Assembly (NCBI GenBank): GCA_044336805.1
Contig: JBIIOS010000002.1
Span: 1 to 41,999 of the forward strand
Direction of reading: 5' to 3'
DNA length: 41,999 nt
Source: Candidatus Nanopelagicales bacterium
GTDB taxonomy: Bacteria; Actinomycetota; Actinomycetes; S36-B12
The notes below the pieces were generated by a model. The model saw only the letters and a list, made by a program, of their open reading frames with translations, did no database searches and had not been told where the DNA came from. Both the position numbers and the translations under genes were made by a program. How positions within the stretch are numbered: the first letter of the stretch is position 1; every line of letters starts with the position of its first letter. This document shows positions 1 through 8,532 of this stretch, piece after piece.

Positions 1-1958
1 TGCGAACCGGTGATCAAATAGTTGTCGACGGTGAAATAGAACAATCCCAAGGCTTAGAAATTGATGAGAGCCTACTTACCGGTGAAGCAGATCCGGTTGA
101 CAAACAAGTTGGGGACTCCGCCATGAGCGGCTCATTTGTGGTCGCTGGTAGTGGTTATATGCGGGCGACAAAAGTGGGTCGAGACTCGTTTGCGGCTGGA
201 CTTACTGAAGCGGCGAAGCAGTTTCATGTCACAAACTCTGAACTCCGCGACGCACTCAACAAGTTTATTAAATACGTTTCTTATTTCTTGATTCCCGTGG
301 GTGTTGCCCTTCTCTTGTCTCAATTATTTCGTGCGAAATTGCCACTTGATGAAGCGATCAGAGGAACGATCATTGGGGTAGTCACCATGGTGCCCGAGGG
401 ATTGGTCCTTTTGACTTCTATCGCGATGGCTGTCGCTGTGATTAATTTGGGCCGAAAGCGAGTATTGGTACAAGACATGCCTGCTGTTGAAGTTTTGGCG
501 CGCGTTGACACCGTATGTGCGGACAAGACCGGTACCCTCACGGAACCGGGGATGCAGGTGCAGGAGACCATCCCACTCGGTGATGTCGGCTTGGTCGACA
601 TTGAAGCTGCTCTGGGGGCAATTGCCGCTTCCCAGCCAAATGCCAATCCAACTCTAAGCGCAATTGAGTCCAAATACTCACAACCCAACTGGCAGATCAC
701 CGAATCCGTGCCGTTTTCCAGTGCGCGAAAATGGTCGAGTGCGGCTTTTCTCCATCATGGCACGTGGGTGCTTGGCGCTCCGGAAATGGTTGACCCAAAT
801 AATGCTGAAATGCTGGCAGAGGCGAATGAAAGTGCGGCATCGGGTGCTCGAGTGCTGGTGCTGGCGAAAAGTGCTGCGAGTGTTTCGGCTGATGAACCCC
901 TTGGAGCGGTTGACTGCGTTGCTTTGGTCGTCATTAGCCAGACCCTTCGAAGTGATGCTGCGGAAACGGTCGCTTATTTCCTTGGCCAAGGGGTCAATGT
1001 AAAGGTCATTTCAGGTGACAATGCTGAAACCGTCGGTGCAATAGCGCGCCAAGCGGGTGTTCCTGGAGCAGACCACCCCTATGACGCGCGCAATCTCCCT
1101 GACAACACTGATGAAATCGCTGAAGTATTAGCGACCACAAATGTCTTTGGTCGCGTAACTCCAGCGCAAAAGCAAGCCATGGTCGACGCATTGCATCTAC
1201 AGGGGAAAACTGTTGCCATGACGGGTGATGGTGTCAACGACGTATTGGCGCTCAAAAGCGCTGACCTTGGAATTGCCATGGGATCTGGATCGGGGGCAAC
1301 GCGAGCCGTGGCGCAGTTGGTTTTGCTCGATGACCAGTGGTCGGTAATGCCCAGTGTGGTGGCTCAGGGACGAAAAGTTTTGGGAAATATTGAACGTGTC
1401 TCAGACGTCTTTCTTACTAAAAGTTTTTACGCAATGATCGTGAGCAGTGCAACAGTTATCTTCGCCGTGGCGTTCCCATTTCTGCCACGGCACTTAACTT
1501 TGGTAAGCGCATTGACAATCGGGATTCCTGGCTTCTTCCTCGCATTGATGCCAAATACGGAGAGATTTCGACCAGGTTTCTTCCGGCGGGTGTTGCTTTT
1601 CGCTGTCCCCGCCGGCGTGATCGCTGCACTTTCCTCGTTCATCAGCTATGGAATCGCACTGTATTTCGAGGAACCGATTTTCAATGCCCAGTCAGCCGCA
1701 ACCATCACACTTTTCATTGTGACTATTGCAGTGCTAGCTCAATCCGCGAGACCGTTAAATGCCATCAGGGTGTTGCTGATTGTCCTCATGATCGCAGCAT
1801 TTGTTGCAGTGCTTTACATACCATTCCTCTCAAACTTCTTTTTGTTGTCATTAGGCCCAGAGCGGTACAGCATTATTTCGATTGTGGTTGGCCTCATCGG
1901 GGCGGTTGCGGTGGGAATTGCTACAAAGATCACTGACCGTTGGAGGCGTGGACCGTGA
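1..1958 (+). CDS. P-type (P2-like, HAD-IC) cation-transporting ATPase, 5'-truncated by the window edge
   Basis: The frame of ORF 123..1958 stays open back to nt 3 and reads RTGDQIVVDGE...IDESLLTGEADPV, which contains the actuator TGE motif. Further motifs are PEGL (TM4), CADKTGTLT (phosphorylation site) and MTGDGVNDVLAL (hinge). The C-terminus carries multiple hydrophobic helices. Confidence 0.9.
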   Translation, partial: RTGDQIVVDGEIEQSQGLEIDESLLTGEADPVDKQVGDSAMSGSFVVAGSGYMRATKVGRDSFAAGLTEAAKQFHVTNSELRDALNKFIKYVSYFLIPVGVALLLSQLFRAKLPLDEAIRGTIIGVVTMVPEGLVLLTSIAMAVAVINLGRKRVLVQDMPAVEVLARVDTVCADKTGTLTEPGMQVQETIPLGDVGLVDIEAALGAIAASQPNANPTLSAIESKYSQPNWQITESVPFSSARKWSSAAFLHHGTWVLGAPEMVDPNNAEMLAEANESAASGARVLVLAKSAASVSADEPLGAVDCVALVVISQTLRSDAAETVAYFLGQGVNVKVISGDNAETVGAIARQAGVPGADHPYDARNLPDNTDEIAEVLATTNVFGRVTPAQKQAMVDALHLQGKTVAMTGDGVNDVLALKSADLGIAMGSGSGATRAVAQLVLLDDQWSVMPSVVAQGRKVLGNIERVSDVFLTKSFYAMIVSSATVIFAVAFPFLPRHLTLVSALTIGIPGFFLALMPNTERFRPGFFRRVLLFAVPAGVIAALSSFISYGIALYFEEPIFNAQSAATITLFIVTIAVLAQSARPLNAIRVLLIVLMIAAFVAVLYIPFLSNFFLLSLGPERYSIISIVVGLIGAVAVGIATKITDRWRRGP

Positions 1959-2737
1959 AAATTGGATTATCCACGTCTTCGGTGTACCCCGAATCAACCG
2001 CAGCCGCATTCGAACTCGCGGCTCTCACCGGATACGACGGTGTCGAGATCATGGTTGGGGTGGATTCTGTGAGCCAAGACTCAACCGCGTTAAGGAACCT
2101 TGTTCAGCACTATCAGCTGCCGATTATCTCCTTGCACGCTCCTTGCTTGTTGATCACTCAGCGGGTCTGGGGTACCAACCCATGGGGCAAGCTGGATAAA
2201 GCTCGAGAGGTTGCAGAACTTGTTGGTGCAGAAAGTGTTGTAGTCCATCCGCCATTTCGTTGGCAGCGAGAGTATGCGAAGAATTTTGAAAATGGAATTG
2301 CGGAACTTAACGTGAATTCCCCGATCGGTTTCACAGTTGAAAACATGTATCCGTGGCGGGCAGGCCCCGGATCATTTCCTGCTTATGCCCCGGATTGGGA
2401 CATCAGGAAACAGGATTACGGAAATGTGACCTTGGATTTTTCGCATTCGGCAGTTTCACGAACCGATCCCATTGAGATGATTCAGGAATTTGGAGACCGG
2501 CTGCGGCACATCCACTTGGCGGACGGGACGGATTCGCCCTCCGACGAGCATCTAGTACCTGGTCGCGGCACTCAACCTGTTCGCGAGGCATTGGAATTAC
2601 TCAAGAGAAATGGTTTCAGTGGAAATATCATTGCCGAGATTTCGACGCGTTCGGTGATTGATCGAGATGAACGGATCGCTGATTTACAGGCCAGCATTGA
2701 TTTTGTGCGCGAGGTCTTCCCAAGCAGCAAGGAGTAA
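1955..2737 (+). CDS. Sugar phosphate isomerase/epimerase (xylose isomerase-like TIM barrel; Rv0498-type)
   Basis: VKIGLSTSSVYPES...GYDGVEIMV and HIHLADG are typical of this TIM-barrel family. GTG 1955 forms a GTGA overlap with the ATPase stop. The track start at 1940 is a TTG and is an alternative. The position before proC matches mycobacterial synteny. Confidence 0.75.
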   Translation: MKIGLSTSSVYPESTAAAFELAALTGYDGVEIMVGVDSVSQDSTALRNLVQHYQLPIISLHAPCLLITQRVWGTNPWGKLDKAREVAELVGAESVVVHPPFRWQREYAKNFENGIAELNVNSPIGFTVENMYPWRAGPGSFPAYAPDWDIRKQDYGNVTLDFSHSAVSRTDPIEMIQEFGDRLRHIHLADGTDSPSDEHLVPGRGTQPVREALELLKRNGFSGNIIAEISTRSVIDRDERIADLQASIDFVREVFPSSKE

Positions 2738-2739
2738 AA

Positions 2740-3357
2740 ATGGCCCAAGAACCAGAACAAGAAGTCGGCGGGATAGTTGGGGTTGCGCGCTCCATGTTCC
2801 TCAATTCCGGTTACGCGCGAACTACCATCAAGTCAATCGCAGCAGCAGCGGGAGTCGCGCCAACCGTTGTCTCAAATCTTTATTCGAATAAAGAGGCACT
2901 GTTTGCCGCGGCAATGTCTTTTCCCAGTGACCCACAAAAGGCGATTCCGGCATTGGTCGCGCCCGGAATACAAGGGATGGGCGAGCGACTCGTTCGGGCA
3001 ACGCTTCAACTAGTTGCAGATCAGCAGGTGCGCGAGGATCTTGTCAAAGCAGCAAATGCTGGTCGCTCATTGAACTCGGGAATTGACATGTTCGCTGTAA
3101 TCAAGCCGCTATCCGACTATTTCCAAAGTGCGGTTGTGGATCGAGCATTGGTTTTAATGGGCATCCCTGATGCCCGGATTCGAGGCGCCCTCATCAGTTC
3201 ATACTTAACAGGTGTTATTTCCTACCGTTATTTCTTAAAGATCGAGCCGTTGTCTAGTTTGTCCCAAGAACAGGTGGTCGCGCTGGTGTCTCCCGTAGTT
3301 CAGGACCTTCTCGATCCAACAAAACCACTACCCGGTGGTGGAAAATGGGAAAAATGA
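2740..3357 (+). CDS. TetR/AcrR family transcriptional regulator
   Basis: The N-terminal HTH reads ARSMFLNSGYARTTIKSIAAAAGVAPTVVSNLYSNKEALF. An AAGGAG RBS lies 5 nt upstream of ATG 2740. Confidence 0.8.
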   Translation: MAQEPEQEVGGIVGVARSMFLNSGYARTTIKSIAAAAGVAPTVVSNLYSNKEALFAAAMSFPSDPQKAIPALVAPGIQGMGERLVRATLQLVADQQVREDLVKAANAGRSLNSGIDMFAVIKPLSDYFQSAVVDRALVLMGIPDARIRGALISSYLTGVISYRYFLKIEPLSSLSQEQVVALVSPVVQDLLDPTKPLPGGGKWEK

Positions 3358-4145
3358 AAAAAATAGGTGTGATCGGATCGGGCTCAATGGGCCAAGCCTT
3401 GATTTCTGGCTGGACAGAGTCAGGGTCAAGCGTGGTTGCCGTGGTGCGTGATGTTGCGAAATATCAGCATCTGGAAAAATCACTCGGCATTCAAGTTACC
3501 GCAGACCGAAAAGCCCTTGTCGACTGTGATGTCGTAGTGATTGCAATTAAACCACAAATTATCAAAGAGATACTTCACGAGTTCCAGCCTTTCATCGGTG
3601 ACAAAGCAATCGTGATTTCTGTTGCAGTCGGTATCACCACGGAGTTCATCGGAAAATGTTTCCCCCAAACTGTTGAAATAGTTAAAGCAATGCCAAATAC
3701 GCCTTCACAAATTCACATGGGTGTGACCTGCATCAGTGGTGGCGAGAAGTGCTCTGAAAACTCAGTAGCGGTGGCGATTGAGTTGTTAAGTTCGGTCGGT
3801 GAGGTTTTTGTTGTCCCCGAATCCCAGCAAGCCGCGGTCGGTGCGCTCTCAGGAAGTGGACCGGCTTACTTGTTCTTTCTTGCAGAATACTTACAGCAGG
3901 GCGCAGAGCAACTCGGTTTAGGTGCCGAGCTTGCTGATCAACTAATTAGGGCAACCCTGCGTGGATCCGCAGAGCTACTGGCTCAGTCTGAGTTAGCGGC
4001 AGCGGATCTTCGTAGGCAGGTGACATCACCGGGTGGAACCACACAGGCCGCCATGGAGGTCCTTGATTCGAGGGGAGTTGATCAGGCCATTGGCGCGGCA
4101 TTAGCGGCCGGTGTTAATCGTTCACGTGAACTTGGCAAAAGCTGA
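3354..4145 (+). CDS. proC: Pyrroline-5-carboxylate reductase
   Basis: MKKIGVIGSGSMGQALISGW is a Rossmann fold, and the C-terminal TSPGGTTQAAMEVL is the ProC signature. ATG 3354 forms an ATGA overlap with the TetR stop. ATG 3345 is an alternative start. Confidence 0.92.
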   Translation: MKKIGVIGSGSMGQALISGWTESGSSVVAVVRDVAKYQHLEKSLGIQVTADRKALVDCDVVVIAIKPQIIKEILHEFQPFIGDKAIVISVAVGITTEFIGKCFPQTVEIVKAMPNTPSQIHMGVTCISGGEKCSENSVAVAIELLSSVGEVFVVPESQQAAVGALSGSGPAYLFFLAEYLQQGAEQLGLGAELADQLIRATLRGSAELLAQSELAAADLRRQVTSPGGTTQAAMEVLDSRGVDQAIGAALAAGVNRSRELGKS

Positions 4146-4408
4146 ACTCGATTTTCGTGAAGTTCCCCATGTGTATCCCATGGTGAGAGAAACTCGTGGA
4201 GGACAACTTTAGCCCGGATCAATGACCGGCCGACTTCCCCCACTTTGGACTGGATCCTGAAGTAAATTCATGGTTTTAGCGTGTCCTTACAACTAATTTG
4301 AACTTTTTCGGGTATCCGGTTACGCCACGCCGGGGCGATCTACTATTGTTCGGTAGTCCTGAACCGGGAAGTTTTTTTAACACGTAGATCGAAAAATGGA
4401 GGCGCCTC

Positions 4409-4606
4409 ATGTCAACATCAGCTTTTGGTGATGTTCGTTTTCTCACCGTGGCCGAAGTAGCCGGAGTGATGCGTGTCTCCAAGATGACGGTTTATCGTCT
4501 TGTACATAATGGAGATTTGACAGCAGTACGGGTTGGCCGTTCATTCCGAGTCCCCGAGCAAGCGGTTCAGGATTACCTTCGCGATTCATACATTGAAACC
4601 GCGTAA
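4409..4606 (+). CDS. Small excisionase-family helix-turn-helix DNA-binding protein (Rv0500A-type)
   Basis: The 65-aa product contains LTVAEVAGVMRVSKMTVYRLVHNGDLTAVRVGRSFRV. A GGAGG RBS lies 6 nt upstream. It keeps the conserved actinobacterial position after proC. Confidence 0.85.
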   Translation: MSTSAFGDVRFLTVAEVAGVMRVSKMTVYRLVHNGDLTAVRVGRSFRVPEQAVQDYLRDSYIETA

Positions 4607-4711
4607 TCACGTACAAGTAGCCTCGTAACACAGACAGTAAATGATCACAGATAGACTGCACCTCGCTTTAAATGACACATACCTCACGTACTTCAATTAA
4701 GGAAATATTTA

Positions 4712-4813
4712 ATGGGCTCAGTAATCAAGAAGCGTCGCAAGCGGATGGCCAAGAAGAAGCACCGCAAGCTGCTGCGCCGCACGCGAGTCCAGCGCAGAAA
4801 CAAGAAGAAGTAA
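4712..4813 (+). CDS. 30S ribosomal protein bS22-type small basic protein (33 aa), absent from the ORF track
   Basis: My own translation is [33 protein letters not shown] followed by TAA. An AAGGA RBS lies 8 nt upstream. From memory it is near-identical to the mycobacterial Rv0500B/bS22 family, and it has the same position after the HTH gene. Confidence 0.85.
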   Translation: MGSVIKKRRKRMAKKKHRKLLRRTRVQRRNKKK

Positions 4814-4842
4814 TCGTAAGGACCTTCGACCTCAGGTACGAC

Positions 4843-5601
4843 ATGGAGAAGCTCCCGAATCATGTAGTTTCCGGGACGGCACCCGTTTATGAGAGAGTCC
4901 TTGATCAGATTCTCGACCCGATCTACCGCGATTGGTTCCGAACCCAAGTAGTTGGTTCAGAGAATATTCCGGCAGAAGGGGCGGCCCTTATCGTTGGGAA
5001 TCACGCCGGGGCATTTGCGATTGATGCGTTAATGGTTGTTCGTGCTCTTGAAAAGAACTCAGCGCGGTCATTGCATCTTCTCGGGGCGGACTTTCTTTTC
5101 CAAGACCCCCTGCGCGAGTTCATGGCGCATCTGAACGTGCATCCGGCCTCTTTTGACAGTGCCAATGAACTATTACAGGCCGGCCATCTCGTCGGGGTTT
5201 GGCCCGAAGGGGTGAACGGGGTTGGGAAAACGATTGCGCATCGATATCAATTGCAGGAATTTGGTAGAGCGGGATTTGCCAGGCTGGCGGCTCTCAACGG
5301 TGTCCCGATAATTCCAACGGCGGTTATCGGATCCGAGGAGGCGTATCCCCTCGTGGCTCGAGTTGAAGGACTTCTTGACTGGGCTGGCTTTCCTTATTTG
5401 CCGGTAACGCCAACTTTCCCAGTTTTAGGGCCCTTGGGACTAATCCCTTTTCCCAGCAAATGGACAATTTCTTTTGGAACTCCCATTGCGCCACCAAAAT
5501 CAGACAGTCCAGTTGATGCGTTTGCTTGTTCAGATCACGTTCGCGGTGAGCTCACCCGAACGATTCGTGAATTACTTTCGCAACGTTCAAGTATTTTTTG
5601 A
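4843..5601 (+). CDS. Lysophospholipid (PlsC-like) acyltransferase family protein
   Basis: IVGNHAGAFAIDALM and VGVWPEGVNG resemble acyltransferase motif blocks. ATG 4843 is the first start after the bS22 stop. The track start at 4672 would overlap bS22 in another frame. Confidence 0.7.
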   Translation: MEKLPNHVVSGTAPVYERVLDQILDPIYRDWFRTQVVGSENIPAEGAALIVGNHAGAFAIDALMVVRALEKNSARSLHLLGADFLFQDPLREFMAHLNVHPASFDSANELLQAGHLVGVWPEGVNGVGKTIAHRYQLQEFGRAGFARLAALNGVPIIPTAVIGSEEAYPLVARVEGLLDWAGFPYLPVTPTFPVLGPLGLIPFPSKWTISFGTPIAPPKSDSPVDAFACSDHVRGELTRTIRELLSQRSSIF

Positions 5602-6456
5602 GCCGCGCGCCACACGTCCCAGCGCGTATCCTGCGGTGAGTCCTGCTGCAATCCCGGCCGCGGTGACTGCAGCGGGAACCGCATTGGCCCGCAACTGAGC
5701 CCGCCTTCTGAAGTCACTGACTTCCCAGTTCATCTTTTTGGCATAAGCACGCAGCTCGGGATCAGGGTTAACGGCAGTTGGAATACCAACCGTTGAGAGC
5801 ATCGGGATGTCATTTGCCGAGTCCGAGTAGGCGAAGCAGGTTGTTAGGTCGTAATGCTCGCTAGCAGCAAGTGCGCGCACCGCCTCAGCTTTGGCAATTC
5901 CGTGAAGGGGGTAACCAACTAGTTTGCCGGTATAGATTCCGTTTTCTGTTTGGGAGACGGTTCCCAGGGCTCCGGATAGTCCTAGGCGTCTGGCAATCAG
6001 GTTGGCAAGTTCAACGGGGGTTGCGGTGACCAACCAAACATCAACGCCGGCATCAATGTGCGCCTGTGCCAGTGCCAAAGTTCCTGGTATTAGTTTGTCC
6101 ACCATCCGGTCGTCAAAAACAGTTTCGCTGATCCGAGTGAGTTCTTCGACGCTGCGGCCTTGAACAAAAGACAGGGCGGCTGCGGTCGCTGAGGCGACAT
6201 CTTCCAAGTCCTCCGATCCTGATAGTACGAATTTCATCTGCTTCACGCCAAAACCGAAGATCTCCCGTCCGGAGAAATACTTTAGTTTGGCCAGACCTGC
6301 AGCAAAATGGTAAAGGGATGCTCCTCGCATGATCGTGTTGTCTACGTCGAAGAATGCGGCGGAGGAACCGCTGTTTCTTTTGCTGCTTCGTGAGTCATGG
6401 GCCGCGGCAGCTGAGGCGACACCCGATTCGCGATATGTGCCCAAGACATTGCTCAT
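5587..6456 (-). CDS. HAD-IB family hydrolase (SerB-like phosphatase) with a hydrophobic C-terminal tail
   Basis: AAFFDVDNTIMRG is the DxDxT nucleophile motif. YSDSANDIPML is the HAD motif IV region. The C-terminal AVPAAVTAAGIAAGLTAGYAL is a hydrophobic segment. The start is ambiguous between ATG 6456 and the track start at 6558. Confidence 0.75.
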   Translation of the reverse strand: MSNVLGTYRESGVASAAAAHDSRSSKRNSGSSAAFFDVDNTIMRGASLYHFAAGLAKLKYFSGREIFGFGVKQMKFVLSGSEDLEDVASATAAALSFVQGRSVEELTRISETVFDDRMVDKLIPGTLALAQAHIDAGVDVWLVTATPVELANLIARRLGLSGALGTVSQTENGIYTGKLVGYPLHGIAKAEAVRALAASEHYDLTTCFAYSDSANDIPMLSTVGIPTAVNPDPELRAYAKKMNWEVSDFRRRAQLRANAVPAAVTAAGIAAGLTAGYALGRVARGSKNT

Positions 6457-6584
6457 CTCAGGGGCTTTATCTAGCGACACACGCTCAGAATACTCACCGG
6501 GTGTCCCTGGATCAGGATATGTGTCAAACTGCGTCCGTGAACTCCGTCTATCCCGCAACCCAAACGGGCACCCTGATTGAAGTT

Positions 6585-8156
6585 GTGACCGTTTCGGATT
6601 TCTTGGCTAATTCGGCCCTTCGAGATCCTGAACGAATCGCATTAATTGAAGCTGAAACGGGGGAGCGCATTTCTTATTCCGATTTGGATTCCAAGGTAAG
6701 CGCTACGGCGGCCGCATTGCTGGAAAGCGGCTTGACTCCCTCCCGATCAGGAGATCGGGTAGCGATGCTGATGGGTAACTCAATCGAGTTCGTGGTCTCC
6801 TATTTTGGAATTGTTCGTGCTGGACTGGTTCCCATTCCACTGAACCCCGGTTACACGTCTCGTGAGATAACCGAGATCTTGGAAGTTTCTGAAGCTAAAG
6901 TCCTATTGGTCTCGTCGGAGTTAGCGGAATTGGGCGCCGACTCGGTGCCAGATTCCTGTCCCGCAATGTTGTGTGAAGAAATAACGTCGACACGCGATTC
7001 CATTCGTAATTTCTTGAAGGAGTCAATAAGGAGTCTCACCCGAAAGCCTGACACCAAATTTGATTTCCCCAAGATTGCAGGTGACAACCTTGGGTTACTT
7101 TTGTTTACGTCAGGCTCTGATGGAACCGCTAAAGGCGTGATGCTGACACATGCAAACGTGGTCAGTAATGTTTCTGCTTTGTTGGAGTTACGCAACCCTC
7201 CCATTGTCAGTGCGGAAGATACTGTCCTTGCAGTCCTGCCCCTATTTCATATTTATGGGCTGAACACAGTTTTGACCATGTCACTTGCGGTGGGCGCATC
7301 GGTTGTGATCCTTGACCGCTTTGATGCATCCGAATCTTTAGAAGTAATTGCGCGGGAGCACGTGACAACAGTCGCTGGCGCGCCCGCGATGTACTTATTG
7401 TGGTCGCGGATCCCCGGCGTAGCTAATGCAATGCGACCCGTCAGGCTGCTGTCGTCGGGAGGGGCCCCACTGCCCATTAATGTTTTCAATCGCTTTGAAG
7501 AACTCACTGGTATGCGAATCTTCGAGGGCTACGGGATGACTGAAGCTTCGCCGGTAATTACTTCAACGGTGGTCAATTCCCGGGCGCAGGCGGGCTGCGT
7601 CGGTCTCCCAATTGCGGGAACAAGTATTCGAATCATGGCTGACTCCGGAGATGAAGTCGAATTCGGCGACCCAGGTGAAATTTGGGTCAAGGGTCCAGGA
7701 GTTTTTCTCGGCTATTGGCCCTATCGTGATGGTGGTCCAGATTCCAGCGGGTGGTTTGGCACCGGTGACATCGGTTATCAAGATCAAGATGGTGCATTGC
7801 ACTTGGTGGACCGCCGCCGTGAACTAATAATTGTTAATGGCTTTAATGTTTTCCCGCGCGAAGTTGAAGTTGCCCTAGAGGCACTCACCGATGTCGCCGA
7901 AGCGGCTGTTCTTGGCCGACCCGATCCCGATACCGGCGAAGCAGTGAGCGCATTGATTGTTTTGGTTCCCGGTTCTTTAGCGACACCAGAGTCGATTGGG
8001 GTAAATGTTGCCAAAGCCCTTGCGCGGTTTAAATGTCCCACTGAGATCCGGATCGTGGCGAGTCTGCCGAGGTCTGCAACGGGCAAGATTGCGAAAGGTC
8101 GACTCCGTGAGGTTTACGGGGTTGACGTCTCCGGTGAATCGACAGTGCAAGATTGA
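6585..8156 (+). CDS. Long-chain fatty-acid-CoA ligase (AMP-binding enzyme)
   Basis: LLFTSGSDGTAKGVMLTH is an AMP-binding P-loop variant. Further family motifs are EGYGMTE, GWFGTGDIG and a C-terminal SATGKI. The start is uncertain among GTG 6585, GTG 6537 and ATG 6519. The track start at 6354 overlaps the divergent HAD gene. Confidence 0.88.
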   Translation: MTVSDFLANSALRDPERIALIEAETGERISYSDLDSKVSATAAALLESGLTPSRSGDRVAMLMGNSIEFVVSYFGIVRAGLVPIPLNPGYTSREITEILEVSEAKVLLVSSELAELGADSVPDSCPAMLCEEITSTRDSIRNFLKESIRSLTRKPDTKFDFPKIAGDNLGLLLFTSGSDGTAKGVMLTHANVVSNVSALLELRNPPIVSAEDTVLAVLPLFHIYGLNTVLTMSLAVGASVVILDRFDASESLEVIAREHVTTVAGAPAMYLLWSRIPGVANAMRPVRLLSSGGAPLPINVFNRFEELTGMRIFEGYGMTEASPVITSTVVNSRAQAGCVGLPIAGTSIRIMADSGDEVEFGDPGEIWVKGPGVFLGYWPYRDGGPDSSGWFGTGDIGYQDQDGALHLVDRRRELIIVNGFNVFPREVEVALEALTDVAEAAVLGRPDPDTGEAVSALIVLVPGSLATPESIGVNVAKALARFKCPTEIRIVASLPRSATGKIAKGRLREVYGVDVSGESTVQD

Positions 8157-8398
8157 GCGATTTACCGCGGGTGACAATTGTGGGAAAGCCTGATTGTCAT
8201 TTATGCGAGCAGGCGGTTGAGGTCGTGGCCCAGGTGTGTGAAGAGTTGGGGCAGGGGTTTCGGGTGCTCTCGATTACTGAAGACCCGGAATTGGCAGATT
8301 TGTACTGGGAAAAGATCCCGGTGATACTGGTTGATGGTCAGCCATTTGATTTTTGGAAGGTCAATCGGGACCGTTTGGTTGCACGGCTGAGCTCATAA
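8153..8398 (+). CDS. Glutaredoxin-like / thioredoxin-fold protein (Rv0508-type)
   Basis: The 81-aa product carries a CxxC motif in VTIVGKPDCHLCEQA. TTG 8153 overlaps the upstream stop (TTGA). In-frame GTG 8171 is an alternative start. Confidence 0.7.
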   Translation: MSDLPRVTIVGKPDCHLCEQAVEVVAQVCEELGQGFRVLSITEDPELADLYWEKIPVILVDGQPFDFWKVNRDRLVARLSS

Positions 8399-8437
8399 TT
8401 CGATTATCGGACGCATCCGTCCGGTAATATTTGATAT

Positions 8438-8457
8438 CTATTCATCTAAGTGAATAG
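8438..8457. repeat. Imperfect 8-bp inverted repeat with a 4-nt spacer (CTATTCAT-CTAA-GTGAATAG) in the rex upstream region
   Basis: Read directly from the sequence. It lies 40 nt after the glutaredoxin-like stop and about 75 nt before the rex GTG. Its function is unknown (weak hairpin or operator). Confidence 0.5.
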
Positions 8458-8532
8458 AGTTCGGCTTCTTCACAAAGCCGCAATCACCCGTGAATGTGTG
8501 AACAGCACGTTCTTTGACCCGAGGTACAAACA

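Noticed and set aside
4372-4378. The T7 run read as an intrinsic terminator for proC.
   Set aside because: It lies about 225 nt after the proC stop. The preceding stems are short (4-6 bp) and not GC-rich or contiguous, so calling it a terminator is not justified from sequence alone.
4672-4842. The 57-codon N-terminal extension of the acyltransferase ORF given in the track.
   Set aside because: It overlaps the bS22-type ORF in a different frame. It is polar low-complexity sequence ([18 protein letters not shown]). ATG 4843 is the first start after the bS22 stop.
5587-5601. A 15-nt convergent overlap between the acyltransferase and the HAD hydrolase.
   Set aside because: It is a short 3' overlap, common in compact genomes, with no additional signal.
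6354-6584. Upstream extension of the acyl-CoA ligase ORF overlapping the divergent HAD hydrolase gene by up to about 200 nt.
   Set aside because: The extension (MRRRNRCFFCCFVSHGPRQLRRH...) looks like out-of-frame translation of the HAD gene's antisense strand. AMP-binding enzymes normally begin near the ...SDFLANSALRDPERIAL segment.
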